Shown here in pieces: positions 1 to 13,800 of a stretch of DNA of 64,000 nucleotides (the stretch's first letter is position 1; every line of letters starts with the position of its first letter). The translations under genes were made by a program, and so were the position numbers. The notes below the pieces were generated by a model. It searched no databases. It was not told the DNA's origin and worked only from the letters and a program-made list of their open reading frames with translations. This stretch comes from Epiperipatus broadwayi (taxonomy: Eukaryota > Animalia > Onychophora). The DNA lies in NCBI GenBank assembly GCA_028023455.1, contig JAQFVV010000011.1, forward strand, positions 4,588,001 through 4,652,000, written 5' to 3'.

Positions 1-427
1 TTTTTTAAAGAAAAAGATTGTTTGTTTTTTTATATCTTATGGAGGATTATATGAAAACACATATGGCCACGGCCAGGAGACAACATGAATGTACTTGTAA
101 TACTTAATTACAGAACTAGGAATTTAGTTATAGGACATAGATTTTAATAATCTCTTTCATATCGCTTCCACAGTTCTTTTCAAAATGATCACCAAATCAT
201 ATATAAGCATACATATTCCATCTTTTAAAATTCTTGTTTTCTTTATTACTGAATTGTTGATATAAAAAATGTGTTGTGTTAATGAAATTATTCTTAAAAT
301 ATTTGCTTCACATATTCAGATTGTTATAATGAGTTTAAAGATTTGTTCTAAAAATTGTTTTAGTTCCCTACCTTAATAGATAATAAAAAAATAATCCCAA
401 GATTATTGCTAATTAATATGGGATATG

Positions 428-480
428 TCAATCGTTGATGTCCCGGGTTAGCGGGTTCGCTTCCCATATGGGGAAAAAAA
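428..480 (+). repeat. Deleted copy of the short tRNA-like SINE family seen at 46748 and 50724
   Basis: Starts gtcaatcgttg, contains GCGGGTTCGCTTCCC (B-box-like) and ends atatg plus an A-run, like the two fuller copies; no A box. Confidence 0.3.
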
Positions 481-2766
481 ATATGGGATAGGATATGTTT
501 AATTTTTATATTGCAAAAGATTATATTCTATTTACATGCGAATTTCCAGTGAGATTAGGAACAAGTTTTCAGTATTTGGAAAAAATAAATCAGTCTTTTA
601 TTTATGGTATTTTTCTATAATTGGAAAGTTATTAATATAAATGAATTTTCTGCATCCATTTCTAGATCATTGCTTAATATATTTCAAAATGTGAAAAAAC
701 TAAATACTCTGCGGATGGTAGCGATTCTGTAAAAAAAAAATATTTACTATAATTAATATTTAATAACTTGTATTTTTTTATTAGAAAGTATTTTATCAAA
801 TACATTATTAATTTTTCTTCATTTTAAGAGTTTTTAGAAAGAATCAATTTTTCCAAATAATTATAAGTTAAGATTATATAATAACGATAGCATCAATCTT
901 CAGATTATTATGGAACTTCCTTTCCACATATATAGTTAAAGACTCAGTTCATATCAACTTTATCCTATGTTGGATCTAGCCTATTGAAAGACTATACAAA
1001 TAAACTAATGTGTAATATTTGGAAGGAACAAAATAAAATAATATTGAGTGATATATGTATTTCATCATTAAAACAGGCAAAACTCACTATACATATTGCC
1101 ACACAAGCATAAGAAGTGGTGGTCATGTGATGTTTATTTCATCATTATTAGGTTTATATCGCATTTTGGAGATTGTTTTTATATGAATGATGCTGGTGAA
1201 TAAGAAAGATTGTAAATATATTACCTGCAACCTTTTCCAAATTTAGCAATATCCATTTTATTAGATTTAGATTAGAACTTTGTGAAAGGGAAGCATATAT
1301 ATCTAATGATGTTTTTCTGATTCTTTCAGTTTTGTAGTTAGTATTCTGAAATCTCACTAACATTGAAAGAGTATGCTGTATTATGAAATAAGTATTATGC
1401 CTAATCCTTGTAGTTACTCAAGTTTTTTATCAAATGTTTTTATTGTTGCTTTCTATAGGTATAATATTGACTTCATAATCATGTTTAAATTTCATATAAA
1501 TTTAGCATAGATCTAAAAATCAATTTACTATTACAGTTAAAACATTATTGATACAAAATCTCTGGTTCCAGGATTTTTTTTAAATTGTGAATTTTTCTGA
1601 TTTCAAAAATAGATTTTTTATCTCATTGTAAACCTAAATTCTGTTATAGAAAAAAACAGGCAGTTTACTGCTATTGTGCTTATTAATTGATTAATTATTT
1701 ATTGATTTTATTTTTTTTAATGTAAGTACAAATTAACTTATTTTTTATAACAGGTTAAAAAAATCATTTTTGAAATTTTGATTGGATTATAGATATTTCT
1801 GAATAATAGATATTTAAATTAATGAAATTATAGTAAAATTTATTAAATTCAGAGGAAATTATATGTCTGGTTTAAAAAGTGACTGGGCATCTTTCTAGCC
1901 ACATATATCAAGGAAAATGTGTTAGTTTGTTTTTTCATAATAATATGCTGACTTTATTTTAAGAAAGAAATCATTGTCATTCTCAGAGGTCTAAAATGAC
2001 AGTGAATATCACCAATATAAAAGGTTTAATTGTTTATTCCATATGGTTTGAAAATTGCATTAAATGGTCATTTATAAGAAAAATGGAGGAAAGTTTATGC
2101 TTGGAAAGATTTCAGATAGAAATTTCAAATGTGTGGTGAGTAATTTGTTTTCACAAAAAATCTTTTCCAGAAACTTGATGAATCAATTTCCACTCATTCC
2201 TCATCATATCTTAATCAGTACTATCATCATTCATTCTTTATTATTAGATGCATAGCTATTCTAATTTTCATTTTAATTGAAGTGTTCATATTGTTGCATT
2301 TGGCTTACAAGCATCAAATTTATTTCACCTACGACTTTAACATGATCCACTCTAGATAAATACAGTAATGATTATCACTAATCATTTATTAAACTAGAGA
2401 TTATCTCTAATCCAGATATAAACTTTAAATCTCAATTAAAAATTAATATATCTGGGTTTTTTTAAATTAAACACACACACTTCACAGAGTCTCTTTTTTC
2501 ATGTGTAATATATTTTATAGATTATTTAGTAAGCTTCACACTACCACACAATAGTGTTTTTATTCATGTGTTTCAAGGCTGTGTAGAAATTATTAAGTAT
2601 ATGTAGAATAAATGTTTAAGTAAGTCTGTGATTTTAACATTAAGTTAGCCACCATTTAATGTAATATTTCTTCATTGAAATAGTCAATTATTAAATTTGT
2701 TTTTATTTTATTAGTAAATTTTACTTTAAAAGCTTATATAATTAGTGCATATAATAATTATTGCTA

Positions 2767-3119
2767 CTTATCATTTAGACAGGCTAGCTGCTTGGTGACA
2801 TTCTTATCTGTTAAAAACACACTGTTATTACTATTCCGGGCCCGACATTTATTGAACTATTTACGATCGAACATTATTTGTTGAAATGGAATCATTTTAT
2901 TTGTAAATTAGAATATTTTTTTATAAAATGTAATTACTTTATGCAAAGTAATTATAAACAATTTACCAATGAACATTATTTGGTAAAATAATAAAATTTT
3001 ATTTATAAATAAGAATGTTTTGTAAAATTGTGTAAAACAAAAAACTTTTTTTTTTATGTTACAAAAATAATAAACACAATGAACCAAAAACCAAGCGGCT
3101 GGCCTGTCTAAATGACGAG
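2767..3119. mobile_element. MITE (Tc1/mariner-type ends), about 350 bp
   Basis: Imperfect ~29-bp TIRs: cttatcatttagacaggctagctgcttgg vs reverse complement of ccaagcggctggcctgtctaaatgacgag. TA on both flanks (2765-66, 3120-21); AT-rich non-coding interior. Confidence 0.75.
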
Positions 3120-5013
3120 TACCATTGTTTCATCAAGATAGTATTTTTTTTTTCTTTCTGACATTGTTTCACATTCCTTAGAACTTCTTGGAAATTTTAC
3201 TTATTTATAATCATGTATTAAAAATTTATTATTATTTATTTGGAAACTCATTTAGTCATTTTCAGCATTCAGTTTGTACAGTTTCAATTAATAGTAATGT
3301 TGTAAAATAAACCAAAATTATATATCTGTGAATTCAGAAATATTTTATAAAAACATATTATTAAATATCGCAGATTTCATTGCAAATGTGTTTTGGTAAA
3401 AATTGTTTAAATATATTTTTAAAATGTGTTTCGGAGATCATAATGGACTTGATTCTACAAATCGTTATTTTAGAATGTCTATATGAATATATGCACAAAA
3501 CCTGACATCTGATTTCTATCCTTTAATATCTTAATTTTTTCTTAATTTAACATTAATAATTTGAAGAGAAAATTGTTATAAAATATTATTTCTAAACAAA
3601 TCTAATTTTCAAAACTGTTTATCTTTTTGTTTTGTCTTTTTATTTTGAGTCAACAACAGAATGGATGGAAATAGTGTATAGATGTTTATAAACCATTTTT
3701 AACTGACAAATGCTTCAGATATTTTCAGAATATTTTAGAAAATGACTGATTTTTAAAGAAAAAAAGTATATCTAAAGAATGTGTTAATTTCACAATAAAG
3801 AATCCAACATTTTAACTCCATTCCAAGCACCTCATTATTTGGGAAGCACCCAATAATATTATATAAAGTTCAAACTTATTACAGATGATAGTCAATAATA
3901 TCTGGGAAGAATGTGATTCTGATCACAACTTTTTTAGAATTAAAAACAAAACTAAGTTGAATAAATAAAAACAATACCCAAATAACAAGATGCTTAGAAA
4001 TATCAGTCTTCCAGAATGATGATCAATAATTAAAGCAGCTTAATATTGATTAAGTCTATGAAAAAGGATAGGCTGATAATAAAAAATGAATCTCAGAAAT
4101 AATATAAATGGAAAGAAAATAAAGCTTATAAAACAAATATTGGATGTCATGATCTGATAGGGAGTCACATAAAAATATGGAATATAATGCTGAAAGAATG
4201 TGAAAAATTAATTATAAAATTTTAACATGATTGCCAAAAAGATACAAACTTCTAAATGCAAATTTTCCAGAAGTTAGAGCATCAGAAGAAATAAAGTAAG
4301 ATGTCTCTTGTGAATTCAAACTCAGAAAACATATTGTACTGTTCATGATTTATTGTAGACATTCACAGTTTAACTTAGGCCTTATTTTTACACACTATAA
4401 AGTGCAAGGTAATCAAGCTATGAAAAAAAAAAAAATTCTGATCATTTACGAGTTTGGATATCTCTAGAACATAGCTATATTTCTGGTTAAGTGGCCTAAT
4501 AATTATTACAATTGGAATTGCTGGCAGAATCAGTTTTTTATTTATTTAGAAAAGAGTGCCAGAATTCTATACAAGAATTCACTGATCAGTCACATTGCAT
4601 TGTCATTTACGAAGCAAATTATTAAAAGATCGGGAATTACATTTTCTCGTCATTTTAAAGCTTTTATATGAATTTTTCCTGAGGCTTAACTATTGAACAT
4701 GCATATTGGCAAAGGTAATCCTACATAATAAATTCTAATAAACTAACATTAAGAACATACAATGAAAAGTTGATATTAAAGGTAAAAAATTTATTATAAC
4801 AAAATATTTAAATGATAAATTATTAAATAAAATTGGAAACACATACACACTCATCCAGATAATAATGTCAAATAATTAAAACAATTTATTTCTTTTTAGT
4901 TTCTTGTAGAAAGCAATCCATGGATAAAATATCTATAATAAATTGGCGAATGTCTCTATCAGTAGTATATTATAAGCTTATACTTTATATTAGTTTTCAA
5001 ACACTTCATTTAG

Positions 5014-5380
5014 TCACAAATCGGGTATGAATAATCTTACCGGTAAGCTTAGTGAGTTTCTTGCGATGTAGAATAAGCTCATGGCCATTGATTTTAAACT
5101 ATTCCTGATCTGTCCTAAGGCTAGTCTTGAAAGCTCTTTAGGGATGACCTCTTTATTATGTAAGACGGTGTCCGCAATGCTTTGTTTCCACTTCCCCTTG
5201 AAGACTTCAGTCAGCAGGAGAGTAGTAGTCCTGGGCATACACATTTCACTACGCAGGAGCCTCACAGGAACCTCCAGCCAAAAGAACCAACACCCAGAAT
5301 GAAATTGTATGCTTTTTATACTCTAGATCCAGTTTTGAAGCTTCTGCGCATGTTATTGTAATCAGAATGTGTAAGTTGAT
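5014..5380 (-). pseudogene. GC-rich Ty3/Gypsy pol fragment (RNase H end to integrase zinc-binding N-terminus)
   Basis: About 45% GC island by count. Open frame ...SIADTVLHNKEVIPKELSRLALGQIRNS...IARNSLSLP follows the Gypsy pattern 'DG.L....VIP..LR..VL..LH..H.G....AR....WP'. Upstream frame SKLDLEYKK resembles the RNase H end. The expected His residues are missing. Confidence 0.45.
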
Positions 5381-5719
5381 AATGTTATACATTTATTTTT
5401 CTTTTTACTTCCAGTCTTTTTTTATGAATTACTTCAGCTATCTTTAATTAGTGTAGTCTTTATTTTAGTTTGGAATTTATTTTTGTTTATCTGGATTAGT
5501 AATCTGCATGTCTTTTTTATTCCCTCCAATTTTAACTTTAATTAAATTAAATAGATAAATACAAAACAAAAATAACTTTCATTGTACGTTATCTAAAAAA
5601 TAAATTATACTAACTAAAAAAAATATATTAAATTGTATCTTTTAAAAGATCTTTAAATTTTCCTTTTTTTAGCTTTTAAATATTACCAAATGCCAATATA
5701 TTCATGAACCGCAGTTACA

Positions 5720-6560
5720 ATTAAAATAGATAAGGTCATCATTTTTAAATATCATTCCACTGCAGAATGAAAATATTTCCAAGTTTAATCCAGTTTCTCT
5801 TATTCCTAGCTTTTTTTTACAACACACCAGTAAACTTCATTAATTCAGCCATATCTCACCAGCGGTCTTTTTCTAGGTCTTTCAAATCTTTTGAGTTTAA
5901 TTAAAATTTTAATAGTCCATTTGTTATCATTTCTTCTATCAATATTTACAGTCCAGCTTCATTTTATCTTGATTCTTTTAATGATATCAATGATGCCTCT
6001 GTTTTTTCATTTTTGATTTAATATTTATTTTTAATATACATCACTACATATTTCATTCAGCAGTTTGAAGATTTTGTATTGTTCTTCTGTTAAGTGTCCA
6101 AATCTTGGATTCATAAGTAAAAAACCTGTAAAATATATCTATTCAAAACCTATGAAAGCATAAGCATACATCCTTTTAATATTAAATTATTTCTTTAAAA
6201 AGTACTCCATCTAAGTTTAATTCTATTATGAATTTCATTATGTTTTCATCTATAATAGGAATTTGTAGTTGTTAACTTCTAATTCGAGATTAACAGTTAT
6301 TTTCTTTTTATGAGAAAATTCTTAAACACTACTTTAATCTTTTTAGCATTTATTTTTGAACCTACTTTTGAATTGGCAAGAATAGCAGAATCATCAGAAA
6401 GCTGTAAATCCAGAATTAGAGAAGATGAAGTTTTTATTTTCACTTTTAGTCAACTCAAATTAAAAATTCTACCATCAAAATTATATTACATCTCTGGACT
6501 TAAATATGTATAGAGTGATTATAACCATTTTTCAAACTCCAGACAAAAAAAAAAGGAGAC
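5720..6560 (-). mobile_element. RTE-clade LINE fragment (RT C-terminal part and 3' end), degenerate
   Basis: Minus translation LQLSDDSAILANS...KINAKKIKVVF (FADD region and IN..KTK motif), HNEIHNRIKLRWS; same layout as the RTE at 18330-21270. Confidence 0.7.
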
Positions 6561-7349
6561 AAATATAGTTAAAAATGACATCCATGGTATGCAAGTAATA
6601 AATCCATGAATTCTAGCTGCATATTTTAAATGTTGGGATTTTTTTTAAGCATGAAAGCTGATTTTAATATTTTCTATAATAAAGACAAGATTTTGCCTTC
6701 CAATAAAATTAAGTGATATTAGAATGTCTTTATAATGTTCTCTATGGTTTAAATAGGATGTCTGTCCATTAGACATCTTTTTTACAAGTTTCTCAATAGT
6801 CAACTATACACAATGAAGATTGTAACATTATTACATGGAAATGGGGAATACTTCTTATATTACCATCAAATTTTAAAATATTACAGATAATCATTCAAAA
6901 AATTTTGCAGTACCTTTTATAATTCAGTGATAAGGAATCTTAGTCTCATTTCCATATAGTAAATTTGATAGATATTTAGTTATCAACTAGTTATATCACT
7001 ATAGTGTTTAGGTGAACAAAACATCTTATCCAAAGTCTGTTTTTCTACTTAAAAACTTATTACATTTGAAATTGGTAGCTAATAATCATTTAAGCTATAA
7101 ATTATTGAAGATATTTTTTTATAATTTGTTGCTAAGGTAACTGAGTATTTTAAACTTTAATTATTAAATCAAATATTAAAATTAATGCAATTGTTGAGTA
7201 GAAGACTCAGGGGTTCAAGTTCCTGAACCATGGCCTAGCTTTGATGCTTCCAGTGCTCAGAATTCTTATGAACTCCTGAACTCCCTAGCAATCAACCATT
7301 TGATTATCAATGTTTGTTAAATCACTTTCTTTGTCAATTGCATGTAGAA

Positions 7350-7900
7350 GATTAAGTACATTTCATAACTTGCTTTTAATCAATTCAAATTAAAAATATT
7401 AAACCTATATTAATCTTGCCATCAGCTTTACGAAGCTACCTATAAACAGTTTCAAAGGTTATTATCATAATACTGGAGACTGCTTAATGCCAATTTTCAT
7501 TACAAATGTACCAAATTTTCTATTGCTTCTCGTAGCATTATGTAGTTGTATATGTTGGTAAATTTCCATGGCCTACCAGTTTTTTTATACATTGCCACAA
7601 ACTTCTTTGACCATGCCTTGACCAAATCGTAAAAAAGTAAAATATAAATCGTGCATACTATGTATTTTTTTTGCAGCGGAAAACGACTGTGATACTTCTT
7701 AAATCTCTAGAATTTCAATAAGCTTTTGAAAACCATTTCTGATTGGACGCAACTTATGTGGTAAAATCGATGAAAATATTTTTAATAGAACAACAATATT
7801 TCATAGTCTCTTCTGCAATCTTTTCTATTATCTTTATGAATTCATATAATCATAAATAAACTTCAATAGTTTCTAAACAAACATTTCACTACGTTTTAAA
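7350..7900 (-). mobile_element. LINE reverse-transcriptase fragment
   Basis: Minus translation with stops: ..LLFYDLVKAW.. and ..IGIKQSPV.., matching RT motifs F.D..KAFD and G..QG. Confidence 0.5.
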
Positions 7901-8299
7901 ATTTCTTCAAGAATATCATCAGAATGGAAACTTTTATGGTTTTAAGATTACAAAGAGCTGTAATAATTTTATCACTGTACTCAATATGTCGAATTATAAT
8001 TGAACAGATAGAATAAGATAAAATGAACTTTAAGTAGTCCACTGCAGGGCAAAGGTCTCCCCAACAGCCTATCATTGAGGAACAATGAAAAAAGTAAGAT
8101 GAATATGTTATTAAATTTGTCATCATTTTTCTCTCATTAATCATAATGATCACAAAATGCTTCCATCAGTTGTTCAAAATATCACTTTCATGCAACAAAT
8201 TTCCATCCACTTATGCAATATGACTCATATGAAATAGAATCCGTTGGATAATATTAGCTGAAATTCAAATATAGAAATATCAGTATCATCTAATGTTAA

Positions 8300-8830
8300 A
8301 ATTACTTCAGCGGTGCTACCTGTGAAATAAAGTCTGAACATTATCAAATCTGGAACATATTTCAGAGTTTGTCTATCGAAGCTTCAGACCAAATCACAGT
8401 AGAGACTGCCACACAGAAATAAGTGCTTGATTACTTTTATCATTGAAGGCATTTACAAAATTGGTGTCCATATAAAAAAATAGAGGCAAAACATATAGAC
8501 AATGTAATCTATTGACGCTTTAATAGACTTCATTGTGATATTGGATATAAGGCCTGGAGATTGAAAAAAGAGAAGGCAAGGATTGATGCTGTTGAAATGT
8601 TATCGAATGGGTTCGGTGCACTTTGGATGACTAAGGGATCTAATGAATAGGTTTTGGTCAATATAGGTGCACAAGAATAACTGTTGGGAGATAATAAAGT
8701 GAAATTTTAGACATGCAGATAGACAGTTGAACATACTCCAAAAAATCATGCTTGAAATTGTGAATAGGTCAAAAAGAAGAGAATAATTAAAAATCATAGA
8801 TGAGTTAATATGGACAAAGCTATACCCAAA
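8300..8830 (+). mobile_element. LINE (RTE/CR1/L2-like) ORF C-terminal fragment
   Basis: Plus translation GYKAWRLKKEKARIDAVEM...WMTKGSNE*VLVNIG matches the YG.E.WTL....RI.AFEMW...W....NE.VL pattern. Confidence 0.6.
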
Positions 8831-8872
8831 ATAACAATGATCATTAATGACTGCAACTTCTGGATAGTTTAA

Positions 8873-9618
8873 CCCTTTTCCCGCGCTCGACGAGACTCCT
8901 CGTCGACATCTAAAATCACTCTAACTTAGTTCGTTTTTATACGATAAAATTCGTTAAATATGTATTGAATTCGTTTTTAAAAGTTCTGTACGATGGTGAC
9001 ATCTTCCGATTTATTTTAGAAGTAAAAAATAAAAAAAAACGCATTTAAACCTAAACAAAGAAGGAACATTATTTGTGATTGGTTCTTAGCATGCTCTCAG
9101 CCGAAAAAGACATTCTGATTGGCTGGAAAGAACAAAGAAACTGCCTGATCAAAGAAAATAAAGAAAAACGCTGAGATTTTCATTTCGAATACGATTTAAA
9201 TTATTATTAAATAATATTTATGGAAATTAAACATAATTTTCAGAGAGAATAATAAAAAAACAAAATTATTTTCGAAAAATATTGAAGATTTAAGTAAATA
9301 TATTGAAGATGTAGTAAAAAGAAATATTTACTTTTCTATAACGTAAAAGTCGATCTTTTTGTTTACATTATAACTTTTATGTTGCCGATATAGAATATCT
9401 TAGAATAAATAAATAGCAATTTATTTTTGAAAGAACTTTCGTTTTCTTCATGACCTGAAAAATTAATTATATACTTTTTATAAACGTATCTGAGTTGAAT
9501 TTAATATTATAGGCGAATATGTTTTAACAATAGGCTTTGTCTTCAGTTTGTGAGTTGGCCAATTAAAAGATTTGATTTTTATCTGATACAACCAATGATA
9601 AAATTAGCGGTTTAAGGG
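8873..9618. mobile_element. piggyBac-like non-autonomous element
   Basis: TTAA at 8869-72 and 9619-22; ends CCCTTTTCCCGC ... GCGGTTTAAGGG (imperfect TIR starting CCC); no ORF. Confidence 0.7.
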
Positions 9619-10129
9619 TTAATCAATCTTTTTTTAGTTGTTCATTAACATCAATAAATGGGTATTGTAAGGGTTACTTACAATCCTATTAACATAAATT
9701 ATCCAAATGTAACATCAAAACATAAACCAAATTAAATAAATGTAAGTTTATAATTAGTAAGCTTATTTTTTTTGATAGACATATATATATAGATATCTAA
9801 ATTAACTCGAGCCTTAAAATTTTAAGTTAGATGAACAGTTATTTAAATATTATTGAAATTAATAAGTTTAAAATGATTTTTTTAAAAAAAATCATACACT
9901 TATATATAAATAATTGTTTAAACTAATTGAATTTTATTAACCAAGATATAGACATGGAGATAAACTCAGGTCAATGTGTATCATAGCAACTAAAACAAAG
10001 GAAATAGAATTTAGAACCCAATTATAAATTTTAATTATTTTAACAATAAGAAAATATTAAATCACAAAAAGCAAATATTATATATGCTACTTGAAGTCAA
10101 TTCCAGTATAAAAACCAAACCAAATTTTT

Positions 10130-10600
10130 AATAATTTAATTCTATCTTTGCTAAAGAACTAACCACTACACTCATTGTAAAGAGAAATCTAATGAAGAGA
10201 AATTTCTTCAAAATACTTATTCAAATTGAAATTAAATATTTTAAGATGACAATAATTATTGAAAATGCATTGTGGGTAAACACCACTTGTCATGGGAAGA
10301 AATGCTATTTTAACCAAAGAATTAATTATATTTCCTACACAATGCCTAAAATATATATATCTGTACTTCACCAATATAATTTTCAATGAGAAGTTAATTG
10401 GTAGTGAAGAAATCTGGAGAAGATGCCAACTACACACAGTATAAGGAATCCTAAACAACAGAATATCTTGTTTGCCTCTGCGATGATTGATGAACAAAGA
10501 ACATGGAACTTTATTATTAAGGAACATTCTTTACCTCATCATGGAAGGAAATATGACAATACTACCTGATTCAACAGCTCAGATTATATTTGTGTGCTAT
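10130..10600 (+). mobile_element. LINE ORF C-terminal fragment
   Basis: Plus frame ..NEKLIGSEEIWRRCQLHTV*GILNNRISCLPLR*L.. resembles N.EV..R..L..I...RRLRW of RTE/L2 LINEs. The 112-aa minus ORF in the track is its antisense. Confidence 0.5.
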
Positions 10601-11861
10601 ATACTTTTGGACATCTAAATTTTATTTCCTTTATTCTTAAAAATCATTTATCTGGGAATACTCCAAGAAAATTATTTGGATGAAGAGAAATAGTAGATCA
10701 TTTTGTTAAACATTTTTTTTTATTATTATTTAATAAAATTTAGATCTTCTATTTTAAAAAAGTGACATTGTCTGAGGTACATTTAAGACATTCAATTTGG
10801 AGGTAAGTGTTTGTTATTCTCCATATTGAATCTATACAAGGCAGAACAGAATTTTGTTTATTATTAATTTTAATTAACAGTAATATTTGCTGTAACTCTT
10901 TGTGTGAAAGATTTATAAACCTGAGATTACTTTACAAGGATCTTATAATATGAATCACTCTTGATACACATAATATTCAACTAATACTTAATTAGTTACT
11001 GATATTATAATTTTGAAATTCTAAATTTTCAGTTATTGTTTTATAAATTATTGAAATGTGTTCATGTTCCATGTACATTACTATTATGGGAATATGGGGG
11101 AAATAATAATTAACTTAATGTCATAAATAATAGAAATATACTCAAACACATGTTAAAATACTTTTTTTTCCCCATTATCTCAAATATTTTCGCATTGTTA
11201 CTCATTAATAAGCATGTTAAAGTTGATTTTTTTAAATTCAATGAGTTATCTTATTTATTTATTTTATTTTAGGAAACAAAATTTTGATGAATACACATAC
11301 TTACATATATCATATCAAATTAACATATTAGTGTATTAAATAAGTTAGTTTCAGAATAAATTATTGAAATAATTAGTACTATGGTATGTTGATGGTAATG
11401 CCTGAAGAGAGTTACATGCAATATCTGTCCTGAGTTTGAATTCTGAGCATAACAGGATTATCAATAAAGGTGTTGATTGGATGAAATAATCTAGGTTATA
11501 TCATATGAATAATTTAATTTTAAACTTATTTTGTTTAATGCAGATTCAATTTTAGATTACAATTATATCGTTTCAGCCATGGCATCCTATATGAAGACCC
11601 TAAATCTGACTATAGTTAGATGCAACCACCTTGATTCCTGAAAAAGGACTGTACATTATTTCTTTAGTTAGGGGACTAAAACAAGAGTGAAAAAGTATTA
11701 AATACCTTCATTAACTGACAAGCTTGATAAATAATTGTAGGAAGAGAAATCTATTGAAAAGACTTTTTGATCAGCAGTGAGCTGTTTAAAGGCTGTTTAC
11801 GCTAGCTTTTATTTGTAATATAAACGTTGCATCTATGTTAAAGAATCTTCTGCACGGTTTA

Positions 11862-11925
11862 GTGCAGAATAGCAGACTTGAGAGTTAAGAAGTCCATGGA
11901 TCGCATTCCGCTCACTACCAATATT
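11862..11925 (+). repeat. Degenerate tRNA-derived SINE head
   Basis: A-box-like ggtttagtgcagaatagca, B-box-like ggatcgcattcc, ending ctacca; no intact cloverleaf. Confidence 0.35.
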
Positions 11926-12728
11926 CGACCTTTGCGTTAAATCGTTTGCTTCACTAAAAGTAGATTTGCAAAGTTCAAAATCAAGCAAAAATCTCTATGT
12001 TCAAATAATAAAAGCAAAACCTGTGATCAGTATCAATAATAATTTGTCAACGCTTTTCATCGTCTTAATAATTTTAAAGAATAGCATTCCTTTTATTTTT
12101 ATTTAAATTGCACAACTGATATTAGAATTTTCTTGGAAAAGATTGTTTGTATATGCAAAGTGGATTTCTCATTAATAATATATGTAACCTTATAAAATAT
12201 TTGGATAGTGTATATTTGCGATGTCGTTATTTAATTAAATCCGGTAAAAAAAAAACCTTTCACACCCAAAATCATTTATTCTTACAACATATTTCTTCTT
12301 TTTTTTTTAAAAAAAAAACAAAAACACAATGGTTTTCATTAACTGAAAAGAAATGTTAAATAAGTTAATCATAATAACAAGAGAGATCTTATTTACCACT
12401 TTTTTTAAAATCAATAACGATAATAAAAAAGAAATCTACAATGCCGTTTAATTACAAATACTGTTCCGCGTAATTTACGAATATAAATTAATTAAACCTA
12501 ATATCACCTTAACATTTATTTATGATTTTATTTCCTACTTTTTCAATTGATTGATTTTAAATATTTTTTTATTACTATCGTTTTTCTTTCAACTGCCTTT
12601 TTTTAAACTTTGTTTTTTTTCCATACTTCGTCTTTAAATACTAGTTCATTTGTTTATTGTTTGTTTTGCTTTTTTTAAAGATATATATATTAAAACTTCC
12701 ATTTAACTTAAGAAATATGAATTTTTTT

Positions 12729-12797
12729 CTACAGTAGGCTTTTTCATACCTGCATTTCTATATGTAATATATAGGGGTTTGAACTCAGATTTTCACG
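12729..12797 (-). repeat. Partial copy (tail and B box only) of the hammerhead/B-box family H1
   Basis: ctacagtaggctttttcatacctgca...tttgaactcagattttcac matches 45365-45425 and 29731-29795. Confidence 0.7.
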
Positions 12798-13479
12798 ATC
12801 TGGTAGGTGAGGAATAATCTCTTATTTAAAAACAAGTAATTAGTAATAATCATTAATGCATTTATTTAAAATGGCTGGTATCAATAATTATATTAATTCT
12901 TTCCCTCTAAATAGGTATAGTGATTTCAGGTTAGCTTGTAGTAATCTTGCAATTATGTAAGTATATATACATAAACCACCTTCTGCGTGTAAATATGTCA
13001 GTAAATGGTAGTTTAATTTACATATAGCTCGCTAGGGGATTTTAATGCTTCTGCATTATTTCGCTAATTCTAACCATCGATATATGGTTTTAGAGAATGA
13101 AAAAGTTATAAAAATATATTTTTTATTAAGAGGCAAATGTAAGAAAGCTGTGATTCAAGTACTGCTATACCTCTTATTGAGGAGGTTTGTGGCTCTGCTT
13201 GAAAGAACTGGCTATTATAATTCTGCACATGGTCAAAAATCAGGCATTTGAAATGATAACATAATTATATACTTGCTCAGCTATGTTTTCCATTTTTGTT
13301 TTGTCAATTAAAAAGATTACCAGGTTATACACAAATACCAAAGTCAGATATTTATTAGTCCATGATAAAATTTTGAGGAATTTTTTTGGCTTGGACAATT
13401 ATTAGCTCAAAAATGTGAATCACTTTGATTATCCTAGTAACTTTTTAGGTAAAAATGTAGATTTTGGATGTCAAAATGC

Positions 13480-13800
13480 AATCCAAATTCCTGCTGCATT
13501 GAACAAATTAAAATGTATAAAAAAAATCATCATAGTTTCAGTTGTTAAAGATATTATTTTTTCAAATCTATTGTATGGAAGTAAAACATGGACATAACAT
13601 AAAGGAATTGGAAAGAAATTCATTTAAAGATATTCTAATCTTTGGAAAAATGACAGCAAGATCATAAGACCACTTGTTATGTTCTTCACTTTATGTGATA
13701 TTAAATTAACTGAGCACCTGAAGAAAATGAAGGGGAAAAGATTTCGTACAAAGGATTTTTTATAGTGATCATAAGCATGGTTCTTGTGGAAGAAGCAGAT
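13480..13800 (+). mobile_element. LINE C-terminal fragment
   Basis: LLYGSKTWT motif (cf. LLYGSETWT). Confidence 0.4.

Noticed and set aside
540-728. Host exon after the strong minus-strand acceptor ttttttttacag (728)
   Set aside because: All three frames hit a stop within about 20 codons.
4539-4714. Plus-strand coding exon with good AG/GT signals
   Set aside because: Stops in all three frames before the donor.
5014-5330. Endogenous orthomyxovirus (Thogoto/Quaranja-like) nucleoprotein fragment
   Set aside because: LSRLALGQIRNS..SLFYIARNSLSL loosely recalls NP motifs from memory, but the spacing fits poorly and the Gypsy 'VIP..L...L..LH...AR....P' pattern explains more positions. Only a profile search could revive this idea.
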